A DNA stretch of 64,000 bases from a virus, in the IMG/VR virus record IMGVR_UViG_3300045988_153472, one strand, 5' to 3'. The position numbers were made by a program, and so were the translations under genes. Shown piece after piece: positions 21,737-32,075 of the stretch (positions are counted from its first letter, which is position 1; each line of letters begins with the position of its first letter). A model generated the notes under the pieces. It did no database searches. It was not told the DNA's origin and saw only the letters and a list, made by a program, of their open reading frames with translations.

Positions 21737-22735
21737 TTACGCCACTCCTAATTCAGCACAAGCATCCTTAATGTCTTCGAGAATAATGCTCATTGCCTCA
21801 GTCTGCTTTTTAGTACACTGAGATACTTTCTTCCCAACACCAAGAGTCTGCTCTACAATATCTGTCAATGTTTCCATATGATCTGAGGCAGCCAGTTTAC
21901 CTCCCCAAAGGGCAATCTCTTCCTGAAGCTGTTCAAAGGACATTGTTTCTTTTTCTTCATACATAGACTGCTGTTCATCATAGGATACTGATTTAATACC
22001 GTCAGCTTCTTCCTGTTTAGTGATTGCATCAGAAATTGCTTTCTCTAAATTATCTGCTGTAAACTCTTCAATTTTAGTTACCATGAAATCATATCTTGAA
22101 CGAGCGAAGAACTTATCTGTCTGCGCAAAATAAGCAGAAGATTTAATTACATGTCCATCTTCATCTACGCCATTTGGTTCAAGGTAAGCCACTACGTCAC
22201 AATTATCTACAATTGGTTTAATACAGCGCTTGTCTCCCTTAGGCTGAATAAATCCATCTTTTTCGTCTGCATGCGCAACGAATACCACTGTATACCCGGA
22301 AGTTACTAATTTCTGAATCTGTTCCCAATAAATACGTTCATAAATCTGATAAAGATTTACTTTGCTGTTTTCATTGGCTCCAAGAGAAATACATCCTCCA
22401 CCATATGTGTCACATACGAATTTCTGGCAAAACAGAGAGGAAGCATATACTTCATCAATAACAATAGTGGAATAAATCTCTTTAGCTCTTTCTACTGTTT
22501 TAGGATCAGTAAGTTCTTTGATGTACTTAGTGAACATTCTCCAGTTGTTAATCATTTTATGCTTAACTCCTGCCTGAGCACCTAAACCATTCTCACACAT
22601 GAAGAACAAAGCATTCTTCATCTTTGCGCAATTATAAGTTTTTCCCGTATTGTTTGTGCCATAAAGCATAATTACTTTTCCTTCAAGGCCATGTGCTACA
22701 ACGCTTACTTCTGGTTCAAAAATACTATCTGTCAT
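21737..22735 (-). CDS. AAA_24/Sak4-like recombination ATPase
   Basis: Walker A MLYGTNNTGKTYN and a hydrophobic Walker B VIDEVY. Followed by a putative SSB, the usual Sak4 context. Confidence 0.45.
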   Translation of the reverse strand: MTDSIFEPEVSVVAHGLEGKVIMLYGTNNTGKTYNCAKMKNALFFMCENGLGAQAGVKHKMINNWRMFTKYIKELTDPKTVERAKEIYSTIVIDEVYASSLFCQKFVCDTYGGGCISLGANENSKVNLYQIYERIYWEQIQKLVTSGYTVVFVAHADEKDGFIQPKGDKRCIKPIVDNCDVVAYLEPNGVDEDGHVIKSSAYFAQTDKFFARSRYDFMVTKIEEFTADNLEKAISDAITKQEEADGIKSVSYDEQQSMYEEKETMSFEQLQEEIALWGGKLAASDHMETLTDIVEQTLGVGKKVSQCTKKQTEAMSIILEDIKDACAELGVA

Positions 22736-22788
22736 ATGTAATCTCCTTTAATTTTACTATTTATATTTTTTACAAACTTGTTTATAGA

Positions 22789-23709
22789 TTAAAAATTAGG
22801 AAGTTTTGGTCTAGCTTTAGTTGTTGCGGCAGAAGCTGCTGTCTCTGGCTGTTTAGCTTTTGCTTTCTCTTCCTCTAAGCGAACTTCTCTATCAGTAATT
22901 GCCTGAGAAATTGCACCAATGTCATATGGTTCTGGAGTTGGTGTTTCACTATCCTCGCCGTAAGCATCAGAAGCATTTGTAATAATCATCTCATTTTTAT
23001 AGATAGTTTTCTTCTCAAATCTTGGTTTACCAATTTTTACAGGAATTTCTTTTGTGATTTCTGCACGACTATTTACAATATCACCATAGAACTTAACAGT
23101 CTGATTTGGTGTATAATCATCTAAAATTGCTTCTGCAATTCCATCTTCTGCTGGAGCAACTAAAGTCATTGGTTCAATTCCTGAATAAGTAGGAACCCAT
23201 CCTTTTACGATAGCACGACCTGTCTCTTCACCTTTATTCTCGCCAGATGTATAAAGTTCTGGTGTAATAGAAGCAATTGCCATTTCTACTTCAAACCAAG
23301 CACGAGGCTCAAATTTCTCTGGATCTCCATCATAACGATTAAAAAACATTGTCTGGTAGGAGACACCTACATGCACCTGTTTGTCTTTTCCGACATAAGA
23401 GCGAGGTCTGATCTGACCATTTGTAACAGTTACTCTTGTAGCTGCATCTTTACCAACTTTAGCAATAGACTGATATTCTCTCATTACAGTTTCAATGCCT
23501 GCATAACAGCCATTATCTGTACCGTCATTTTTCTTTTCATTCACATATACTCTAAATGTTACGAAATTAATGTCTCCTGTCTGCACTGTAATGTCACCAC
23601 TAATGACTTTTTTACCATCTCTTACTGATTCTTCCAGTGTGTTTTCGCTTACAATACCAACTACTTCTACTTTTGTGTCTGCCTGTCTTAAATTTGTTTT
23701 TTCACTCAT
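22789..23709 (-). CDS. Putative single-stranded DNA-binding protein
   Basis: Follows the Sak4-like ATPase. Acidic C-terminal region ending in ...PKLPNF, reminiscent of the gp2.5/SSB C-terminal Phe tails. Assignment is by position and composition only. Confidence 0.3.
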   Translation of the reverse strand: MSEKTNLRQADTKVEVVGIVSENTLEESVRDGKKVISGDITVQTGDINFVTFRVYVNEKKNDGTDNGCYAGIETVMREYQSIAKVGKDAATRVTVTNGQIRPRSYVGKDKQVHVGVSYQTMFFNRYDGDPEKFEPRAWFEVEMAIASITPELYTSGENKGEETGRAIVKGWVPTYSGIEPMTLVAPAEDGIAEAILDDYTPNQTVKFYGDIVNSRAEITKEIPVKIGKPRFEKKTIYKNEMIITNASDAYGEDSETPTPEPYDIGAISQAITDREVRLEEEKAKAKQPETAASAATTKARPKLPNF

Positions 23710-23949
23710 AAATAATGTCTCCTCTTATAAATAATATTGTTTGGTATATTGATAAGCGTTCATGATTGAACGACTTATTCACTAAATCTCATGCTAACTC
23801 TATCTAAATATTCTTCATCTGACGGGTTAGCGAATCTAATAACTGTATATATGCCTTTGCATTCTGGGCATCTATTATTTTTTCTTTCATTCCATTCAAA
23901 TACTGAAGCACAGCGAGTACACTGGCATAATGTTGTTCGTGTTTCCATC

Positions 23950-24720
23950 TCATGCCTCCTCTTCAAAGATGCTTCCGCTAATACCTAAGGCTTCAGCAAG
24001 TAGTGTTTTCAGAGGTTCTGATGGATTCTGATCATTCAACCATCCTAAATAACTATCTGGAATTTCAGAGAGTGGTTCTCCCTTATGTTTGCCGAATGGC
24101 ATAAGATATGTTTCTGGTGTAGGTTTGAATTCTTTCATCAGTTCATCTACTTCAGTTTCATCAAAAGATACTGTTAAATCTTTTCTTGATGCTAAATAAT
24201 CTGCTAAGTGAACTATCATCTGACCTTTTGTTTCTGGTAATGGTAGCTCATCTTTACTTCTTTTATCTGTGTTCCATTCACCCATATGTGAAGCACAACA
24301 GTCTGCAATATAATCCAATTCTTCATCTGGCAACCATTCAAATCCTTTATAGGATTTTATTCTCTCAGCTATAAGTAACGGGTGTTTAAAAAGAGTATAT
24401 TGACTGCCATTACGCCCAAGTTTTTCATCATCATGGTTCATAATAGCTGTTCGTAGCATATCTCTTTCTCTTGATGTAAACTGACTCTTGATACAATCAA
24501 TTGACAGCATATGATTTAAGAATCTAGTTGCTCCTTTTACATGTTTAGCAAGTCCCATAAAACCAACTGTATAATCAGGGTGATACTTGTTAGTACTTGA
24601 AGCAGACACTTGCCAGAAATATGTAGGCGCAGTATCTAGTAATTCAATACAAAATTCTTGAATATCATCATTTTCAAATACTTCTAATTCTTCCTTAAAA
24701 AATCTCTCTGCTAATGTCAT
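23950..24720 (-). CDS. HD-domain phosphohydrolase
   Basis: Spaced metal-ligand motifs: STNKYHP (H), IMNHDDEK (HD) and CASHMGEW (H). Confidence 0.5.
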   Translation of the reverse strand: MTLAERFFKEELEVFENDDIQEFCIELLDTAPTYFWQVSASSTNKYHPDYTVGFMGLAKHVKGATRFLNHMLSIDCIKSQFTSRERDMLRTAIMNHDDEKLGRNGSQYTLFKHPLLIAERIKSYKGFEWLPDEELDYIADCCASHMGEWNTDKRSKDELPLPETKGQMIVHLADYLASRKDLTVSFDETEVDELMKEFKPTPETYLMPFGKHKGEPLSEIPDSYLGWLNDQNPSEPLKTLLAEALGISGSIFEEEA

Positions 24721-26015
24721 ACAGTTTCCTCCTCAATAATTTCTTGTGCCTCTTCCATATCCGGTGTATCAGAGGAATCTTTTATCAATCCTTCAAGGAC
24801 CTTGAAAGTGAAATTCTTGTGTTTATAAGCCTTAAAGCTACTTCTATTATCAATTCTTACAACTACACCTTCTCTAACATGTGTCGCCCCTATTGGATCA
24901 GGCCCATCATAGTATTTTTCTATACGCTCCATAAGATCTTCTTTAGTAGTAAACAGGAATTTATCAAATTCAGGTACATGTTTAACTCCTAAACGATCAC
25001 ACCAATTCTTTACTTCTTCCCATGGAATCTCTGTAATAATCCCATCTTCATTGGTCATAGTCATTCTATAAACATAAATATCAGAAGTACCAGGAGTACA
25101 CCCATAAGAGAACACTGTTTCATCACCGTAAAGCTTCTTAACTTCTTTATCTTTAATTTTAGTGTTGGAACAGGTTCCCATAATGGTCTGCTCTGTACCA
25201 TCAACCCACCCTACGATTTCATAAAACACTTCCATTCCTTTTGGCAGTTTGTCAATAAAGTAGTCATGATATTTCTGTCTAAATTTATCATTCCCATAGT
25301 AACTGCCTTCAAATGTATTGAGTACAACTCTTCTTGTTCCAGTAACTATTTTCCATTCTTTGATAACAGGAGCCGGTCTACAAAAAAGTTTCTGTAGTAG
25401 AGTCTTTTTCTTAGTAGTTACTTCTATTGCATTTGCTGTTCGACCAGATGTGCCATGCATTTTCAAAGTAATGTAACAAGTATCTCCTGGTTTAAAGGCA
25501 TTTAAGTTATATGCTAACTGTTCTGTATCAGCATGTTCTTTAAAATAAGGAAATTTATTTTTTAGATTTGGAGTTTTTACTTTCGGACCATTGTTAGATT
25601 TTTTATGATTTGATCTTGGAATATATTTTTTACAGATAACTGTCCCATCAAGTACAGTAATTTGATCTCCTAAAGATAATTTATTTATATCAGTCCATTT
25701 ACTAAGAGATTCTACTGGTAAAACCAATCCTTCTGATTTTTCACCTCGCAGTCTCATAGCTTTAATGTTTCGTTTTACAGGATCAAGATATCCACCTGTA
25801 GTTGTTCCATCTTCATTTTTAATACGCAGTAAATTGTTTTCTTTTGCAAATTCTTCTCCTAGCTGACCATCAACCGGGAAAAATACAACTTTCTGCCCTT
25901 CGTAATAACTTAAATCAACAATAACCGTATTTCCAAAAACGGTACCAAGCTGGAGCCTATCAGCATTGCTGTGTTTACGAAGTTGCTTAAGCTCAGTAAT
26001 GTAAGCACAATACAT
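24717..26015 (-). CDS. ATP-dependent RNA ligase, Rnl5-like (DraRnl/NgrRnl-type) with N-terminal extension
   Basis: Nucleotidyltransferase motif I LKMHGTSGR with the Lys at about residue 185, matching the K-x-H-G-T-N pattern of Rnl2/Rnl5 RNA ligases. It is preceded by an N-terminal domain of about 180 aa, as in DraRnl/NgrRnl. Confidence 0.6.
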   Translation of the reverse strand: MYCAYITELKQLRKHSNADRLQLGTVFGNTVIVDLSYYEGQKVVFFPVDGQLGEEFAKENNLLRIKNEDGTTTGGYLDPVKRNIKAMRLRGEKSEGLVLPVESLSKWTDINKLSLGDQITVLDGTVICKKYIPRSNHKKSNNGPKVKTPNLKNKFPYFKEHADTEQLAYNLNAFKPGDTCYITLKMHGTSGRTANAIEVTTKKKTLLQKLFCRPAPVIKEWKIVTGTRRVVLNTFEGSYYGNDKFRQKYHDYFIDKLPKGMEVFYEIVGWVDGTEQTIMGTCSNTKIKDKEVKKLYGDETVFSYGCTPGTSDIYVYRMTMTNEDGIITEIPWEEVKNWCDRLGVKHVPEFDKFLFTTKEDLMERIEKYYDGPDPIGATHVREGVVVRIDNRSSFKAYKHKNFTFKVLEGLIKDSSDTPDMEEAQEIIEEETV

Positions 26016-26181
26016 TAAGTATTGAATACCTCTTTCTCACTCATAATTCTCTTGCACAGATCAATTACATCTGTGTTGCCTCCTTTTACTTCGTTATATA
26101 TTTTAGTAACACCATAAAGTTTTCCTATATGGAATCCTTTGTTATATGTATCAGTAATTTTCTTTTTCATCTTTTTTCTAG

Positions 26182-26739
26182 TTATAAACACGTAGCTCCC
26201 CCTGTTATTTCTTCTAAAGTTCTAGGAGTATAATTCAGCAGCATTGCTCCGACATTATACATTTTACATGGTGTATTATATAGATTTTCCATTTCATACT
26301 TTGTTCTTTGCATCATATTATTTTCAAAACCTGTATGTACATGTCCATATAAATGATACCAACCATAGTAATGATTCTTAAAACAAGGAATCGGATAATG
26401 ACAAAGAATAATACTCTCTTTTGGATTAAGGTATAGTTCTTTATAATCAACTATTTCTACAAATAAATTCTGTAAATCTTTGTTTTTCAGAATCTTATTA
26501 TCATGATTTCCTTTTATTAAATGAATCCTACCATTTAACTGGCTGTAATACTCCAATGTTTTAGTTGAACCATACCAACTAATATCTCCTAAAAGATAAA
26601 CATCATCATCTAAGCCAACTACTGAATTCCAATTATTTTTAATAGTTTCATCGTTCTCTTCTATTGTCTTAAATGGTCTAGCATCGAATGCCAATGCATT
26701 TGTGTGACCAATATGTAAGTCTGAAATATAATAATTCAT
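26182..26739 (-). CDS. Calcineurin-like metallophosphoesterase
   Basis: DLHIGH, LLGDISWYG and IKGNHD motifs (D-x-H, GD, GNH[DE]). Confidence 0.7.
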   Translation of the reverse strand: MNYYISDLHIGHTNALAFDARPFKTIEENDETIKNNWNSVVGLDDDVYLLGDISWYGSTKTLEYYSQLNGRIHLIKGNHDNKILKNKDLQNLFVEIVDYKELYLNPKESIILCHYPIPCFKNHYYGWYHLYGHVHTGFENNMMQRTKYEMENLYNTPCKMYNVGAMLLNYTPRTLEEITGGATCL

Positions 26740-27096
26740 AAGCTACTCACCACAACACTAAGTATATCAATAACGCCAACAATTAGTAATATTATATAAA
26801 ATCTTGTTCCATGTATCCCTATTGATGAGCAATAGGCTCCTAGAATACCCCAACATAGAATATTCAAAATTGATAAAAATGTTTTCATAGCTCACCTATC
26901 CAATCTTCATAAATATTATCTGCATGTGCTTCAATATCATCATGTAATGTCTCTTCTGGGTAATCAATAAGAGACTCCATAATATAAGAAGTTGTAATCA
27001 TATCTAAAGCTTTCTCACCTGACAGTAGGTATTTTCTTTGTAATATATCTTTTAGACATTCAATATAATCTTTGGCGTTTTCTGTAAGCTCTGCCA

Positions 27097-27942
27097 TTAT
27101 GCGATCCTCACAATCTGTTCATATAGAACTATATCTTTTATTGTTATTGCTTTATTGTCGTGGTAATGCCCACACAACCAGCGCTTATAATCAACATTGC
27201 ACCTTATTTCTTCCAGATAATTAGTTAACTTATCCGGCTTATATAATCCATGTGATAATAATGCTGCTGTAGAAGAAGCTGTACAATGTGTCAGGATAAA
27301 ATCTACTTTATTATCATGTTCTGCCAGATTCTTTATACCCTCATCCATCTCTTCTTGACCGGGCATTTCTCGCTCCCACCACGAAATGTGATTGATTCGA
27401 TACATTTTATCTGGATCATCCCTCCATTCTTTTACTCTTGGATCGTCAATCTCTAATACTCCATCTGAAATATCATGACTGGCAGCCCCGCCAAAAGTAA
27501 AAAATTTTAAATCGTCTATATCAAATACTTGTCCTCTCATAAGATGAATTACTGATGGCTTAATAAAATGTACCTTACCACCATGCCATTCTTCTACCGG
27601 ATAAGCATCTAATATATCGTAACATTCATGATTTCCGTCAATAAAGAGTGTTGTGAAATGCTTCTCTTCAAGCCAATTCAGATACCATCTTTGTTGCGGT
27701 GAATCTCTCCATATCCCAAAATCTCCAAGAACAATTACATAGTCATCTTTAGTCATCTCTCTTTGTTCCGGGAACGAGTCCATATTTAATCTATGGATCC
27801 AATCCCCATGTGTATCACCTGTGATCCAAATTACTTCCACCACCTCCAACAATATGTAGCGATTGAAAATCCTACAAGAATCATGAAATATGCTATAGGT
27901 ATCGCAAAGAACATTTTCATAATTGAAATTAGTAAAATACAC
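27097..27942 (-). CDS. Calcineurin-like metallophosphoesterase (second copy)
   Basis: ITGDTHGDW, VIVLGDFG and IDGNHE motifs. Confidence 0.7.
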   Translation of the reverse strand: MYFTNFNYENVLCDTYSIFHDSCRIFNRYILLEVVEVIWITGDTHGDWIHRLNMDSFPEQREMTKDDYVIVLGDFGIWRDSPQQRWYLNWLEEKHFTTLFIDGNHECYDILDAYPVEEWHGGKVHFIKPSVIHLMRGQVFDIDDLKFFTFGGAASHDISDGVLEIDDPRVKEWRDDPDKMYRINHISWWEREMPGQEEMDEGIKNLAEHDNKVDFILTHCTASSTAALLSHGLYKPDKLTNYLEEIRCNVDYKRWLCGHYHDNKAITIKDIVLYEQIVRIA

Positions 27943-28069
27943 AGGTTTAATTTTTTATCTGCAATCATGTTTAATATTGTTACTACTGGCAAAAGCATTA
28001 ACTTCCAACCACTACATATAGCTCCAATTACTCCACATATAGCAGAAATCCATCCCATGGTTTGCTTAA

Positions 28070-28468
28070 TCACTTAATTCCTCCTAAACTATCAATCCAT
28101 TGTTTTACCTTGCCATTATCGTATGTTTTTGTAATCAATACGGCAGACACTGTTTGCCCTATTCTTCCATGATATTTACGATATGTACTTTCATCATTAA
28201 GTGAATATTCAGTTCCGTTATAATTTACCGTAATTTCATATTCAGCATAATCAGTTCGAAATTGCGGAACATGATTAACCATACCTGTAAAACGGGTTTC
28301 TTTAGGTTTATAATATTCATTTACAACTGTGACCTTCACGCTTTCCTCTTTTTTATCAATGCATTTAGCACAACCAGTTAATGTTGAAATACTTATCAAT
28401 AGAACTCCTAAAATACTTAATACTTTCTTTTTCATAAACTCTCTCCTACATTTGTAGTTAAGGTCCAA
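28070..28468 (-). CDS. Putative lipoprotein
   Basis: Signal peptide MKKKVLSILGVLLISISTLTGCAK with an LTGC lipobox. Confidence 0.5.
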   Translation of the reverse strand: MDLNYKCRREFMKKKVLSILGVLLISISTLTGCAKCIDKKEESVKVTVVNEYYKPKETRFTGMVNHVPQFRTDYAEYEITVNYNGTEYSLNDESTYRKYHGRIGQTVSAVLITKTYDNGKVKQWIDSLGGIK

Positions 28469-28923
28469 TCCTTCTGAGTTGTCCCATAGGGGTAAGAACT
28501 AAATGTTATAGTATTATCCTCAGTAGTTTCAGTTCTGGTCGTCTCCTCAATAAGATGGCCTTCTTTATCATATTTTTTAGTTGTCTCCGTAATCGTAGTT
28601 TTTATCATTGTACTCTCCTTATATTGACAAACCACCTCACCTAAAGTACAATACTATTGATCCCAGGTCTGTACCGGGTGAGGATCTTCTGAATGGGTAA
28701 TGTGATATGGGATTGTATCACACATTATTTTTGAAGGAGGTGTTGCCTATGGCAGCAGATATCATAACTATACTTACTTGCTTTGGGCCAACATTACAAT
28801 TCGTAGTTGTTAACGTTATCCTCACCCTACGCAGCCACCTCTTTATACTGACGCAAAATCCCTACGCTACCGTCAGTGTGGTATATGTCCACAGTTCTCA
28901 CTATACGTTACCCTCATTATTAA

Positions 28924-29895
28924 TTATTTATTTTCAACAGTTGCTACATTGCCTGATGTTAATTCTCCTGCGTCAACAATTGTTGCAGCATTTCCACCTT
29001 GTACCTTCGGCACATCACCATTCCACTTATCAATCTTCTGTTTCTCAATAAGTTCTGGAGTAAGTGACTCAGCGATCTTTTTATTTGCTTCTGCTTCAGC
29101 ATCCGCTTTAATTCTTGTAGCTTCAGCTTTACCTTCCGCAGTGATTTTCGCCTGTTCAGCTTCAATAGCGGCTTTCTCTTTATCCTGCTCCGCTGCGATG
29201 AGAGCAACTTCCTTATCTTTATCTGCCTGTACCTTTGCAGTCTTAGCTTCAATATTTGCAAGTTCCAGTTCCTGCTGTGCATTTACTTTCTTCTGAATAG
29301 CAGCCTGAGTTTCATCATCTGTAGAAATTGAAGTAAAGTTTACAGTATCAATGATGATTCCATATGGCTCAAATTTCTTTTTCAAGTATTTGTCAAGTGC
29401 TTCATTCAGTTCCTGGCGTTTATCACCAAATACATCTGTTACCGGATACTTAGCAGTTACTTCCTGTGTCCACGCTTTCATCTTTGGTTTAATGAAAGTA
29501 TTTTTTACACTTTCTCCGGACTGACCTTTAAATCTTGTAAATACATCAGCAACTTGATCCTGATCGAACTTATAAGAGAATTCCAAATCAACAAGAAGCT
29601 GTTTCCCATCTGCGGTAGGAGTTTTAAAACTCTCATCTTTTGGTGAATCACCTTTATCTTCTGAAGTCAGATAAGACTGTTCAATACCAATTGAATACAG
29701 TGATGTTTTTACTGTAGGTGAAATCAAATTCCATCCCTGTGAAAGAGTATCTTTTGAAATTCCACCGTTCATCTTGTATTCTACAGCTACATAACCAGCA
29801 GGAACTCTTACTGTGCACTTTGCTACACAAATTAATCCTGCTGCAATTATTACTGCTAATCCAACCCCACCTAAAAAACCTTTTTTCTTTTTCAT
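28924..29895 (-). CDS. SPFH/band-7 (prohibitin/flotillin-like) membrane protein
   Basis: N-terminal TM helix, then VPAGYVAVEYKMNGGISKDTLSQGWNLISP (SPFH core), then a long Ala/Lys/Glu-rich coiled coil. Confidence 0.8.
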   Translation of the reverse strand: MKKKKGFLGGVGLAVIIAAGLICVAKCTVRVPAGYVAVEYKMNGGISKDTLSQGWNLISPTVKTSLYSIGIEQSYLTSEDKGDSPKDESFKTPTADGKQLLVDLEFSYKFDQDQVADVFTRFKGQSGESVKNTFIKPKMKAWTQEVTAKYPVTDVFGDKRQELNEALDKYLKKKFEPYGIIIDTVNFTSISTDDETQAAIQKKVNAQQELELANIEAKTAKVQADKDKEVALIAAEQDKEKAAIEAEQAKITAEGKAEATRIKADAEAEANKKIAESLTPELIEKQKIDKWNGDVPKVQGGNAATIVDAGELTSGNVATVENK

Positions 29896-30473
29896 TACTC
29901 ATTCTCCTTATCTTTTTCTTTATTTTCTTCTCTGTTTATTTCGTCTACTGCATCTTTCCAAATTCTATGCAAGAATCGTCCGAATGGATAAAACAATGCA
30001 GATAATAGGAACCATAAAACTACAGCTCCAACCAATACTAAAAATACAAATACTGGATTCATACCCTCTCCTTTATAATTCAATACCTTCCATAACAGCC
30101 CTAGCTTCTAAAATAGCTAAATAATTTGCCATAGCATCAATCTGAATATTATAAATGCTTCTTGGGCATGTTGGCTCAAAACTAAGACTTCCATTGTCCC
30201 ATTTAAAAAGTATAGACTGCAAACCTCTGAATCTAAGCATTAACTGGTAATATTCAGCTTTGAATCTCTCGTTATAATCTGGGCTAACCATCATTTCTGT
30301 TGTTTCTTTTAATGTTTTTACCATGTTATTTGTCTCCTTTATATTCTTTAATATTATTTACAAATGTCCAAGTGAAAAAGACTACCAGCATTAAACTAAG
30401 TAAATTTTTATAAGTAATAAGGTCTACCAATGATACTGCTATAAAAATAGCATCAAGAATGATAAAAAATATG

Positions 30474-30920
30474 TTAAGTTTCATTTAATTCATCTCTCAC
30501 TCTCATAAGTATCTTCCCAAGCCTATTTTCTCCAACTCCATCTACAGTTCCCCAAATAGTATCTCCCCAAATATTACCCTCTTCCAAATATTCATCTCCT
30601 GTAGCAAGTAATTTTTCCTTAAGGTCTGGATTCTGAGTGAATTTAGCCAGTACAATTTCATACATTACTTTATCTTTCACTTCTTCCCAATCTGATCTCA
30701 AATCAATCTTTCTACCTGCTGCCTTTGCTTCTGATGGGCTAGCTTGAGAAAATAACTGGAATTTTAGTCTACGATTTTTTGTTTTCTGTGCTTGAAAAGC
30801 TGCTTCATTATTCGTATAGTCCCATCCGTTATAACTTACCGGTGCCATATAAAAGTTACTTAAAAAGTAATAATCTCCAGTGAAACTATTAATCATTCTT
30901 TCTCCTTCCCTAATAATCAC
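30474..30920 (-). CDS. NADAR (YbiA/DUF1768) domain protein
   Basis: GDYYFLSNFYMAPV...EAAFQAQKT and ...GENRLGKILMRVRDEL match YbiA GDFSNFA...SEHYFQAQKF and ...KNRLGYLLMELREQL. Confidence 0.8.
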   Translation of the reverse strand: MIIREGERMINSFTGDYYFLSNFYMAPVSYNGWDYTNNEAAFQAQKTKNRRLKFQLFSQASPSEAKAAGRKIDLRSDWEEVKDKVMYEIVLAKFTQNPDLKEKLLATGDEYLEEGNIWGDTIWGTVDGVGENRLGKILMRVRDELNET

Positions 30921-31325
30921 TACAAGTTACTGTTAAACTTACAAATCCTTCATCAAATTCAAAACAGTCTCGGACATCATGTTTTACTAGCTGTTCTACT
31001 CTGTCTCTGTCAGTTATTTCTACTCCAATTAATTCAGGATCAGTCAAGTTGTATTCAGCTTCTACAGTAATCACTCTTTTTGTTGGTATCAAAATTTCTT
31101 TCTCACATGCATCATCAATTGGTTTATTTAATATCCTTTTTCCTCTTTGCGTAATATCACCTCCGTATTTTATTTCATTGTTTAACCTCCTTAAGTGCAG
31201 GTGAGGAATTGAACCTCACCTTAACCTTTTGTTACTACACTTATTTTCTCTTCCCTACAAAGAATCCAACTAAGAAACAGGCTAATAAGCATACTACAAA
31301 CATGCCTATATTTAACACTATCATT

Positions 31326-32075
31326 TTATTTGCCTTTCTTTGCTTTCAGTTCCTGCAACTTTTTATTAATTTCATCATCTTTCATTTTCTTATCCAGACG
31401 CTGTTTTTGCACAATAGTAGAACTTTCATAAACGATCCTAGCTCCATCAGCAGCCTCTTTTTGCTTTTTAACTCCGTCACGTACTTTCTCTAGCATCTTT
31501 TCCTCTTCACTAGAAGATACTCCCGGTGTTACATTAAAAGCTTTTGATGCCTGAGCTGTTTCCAAAGTTAAAACAGCACTTTCTTTTTCTGCTTTTAAAT
31601 CATTAAGCTGTTGCTGTAATACTTCTACTTTTTCTTTCTGTACGTCAGCATTCTCTTTCCATTCTTTTAATGTACTCTTAATAAAATCAATCTTATCATT
31701 CAGCTCCTGTTGTTCTTTTAAGTAGACTTTTGCCGCTTCGTCATCTCCTCGATCCACACAAGCATTTACATTTACATCTGCTTTCATGGCATCTTTCTTC
31801 AAATGGAACAAATCATCTTCATAATTAGAAATCTTACCAAGCATCTGCTGATATCTTACATTCTCCTGCTGAAGTTCATCTTCTTTCTTCTCAATAGCGG
31901 CATTATAATATGCTTTAGCTCCTTCAGGTGTAGACGCATCTTTCTGAATCGCTTCGTTTGCCGTGCCAGATGCTCTTATTCTTACTCTTTTTCCAATTTT
32001 ACTATTAAAAAAGAAATAAAGTCCTACGAGTACTAAAATAACAATCATAACAATTCCTCCAGCTGTAATATTCAT
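31326..32075 (-). CDS. PspA/IM30-like coiled-coil protein with N-terminal TM helix
   Basis: A TM segment (IVMIVILVLVGLYFFF) followed by about 200 aa of heptad-rich coiled coil. Start overlaps the TerD gene. Confidence 0.35.
   Translation of the reverse strand: MNITAGGIVMIVILVLVGLYFFFNSKIGKRVRIRASGTANEAIQKDASTPEGAKAYYNAAIEKKEDELQQENVRYQQMLGKISNYEDDLFHLKKDAMKADVNVNACVDRGDDEAAKVYLKEQQELNDKIDFIKSTLKEWKENADVQKEKVEVLQQQLNDLKAEKESAVLTLETAQASKAFNVTPGVSSSEEEKMLEKVRDGVKKQKEAADGARIVYESSTIVQKQRLDKKMKDDEINKKLQELKAKKGK

Noticed and set aside
28707-29051. Plus-strand 114-aa ORF in the SPFH downstream intergenic region
   Set aside because: It has no RBS and overlaps the 3' end of the SPFH gene, on the opposite strand to all neighbouring genes.
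31186-31280. A full tRNA gene around the T-arm-like hairpin
   Set aside because: Only about 48 nt can be arranged between matching acceptor-like halves; no D-arm or anticodon arm is present.
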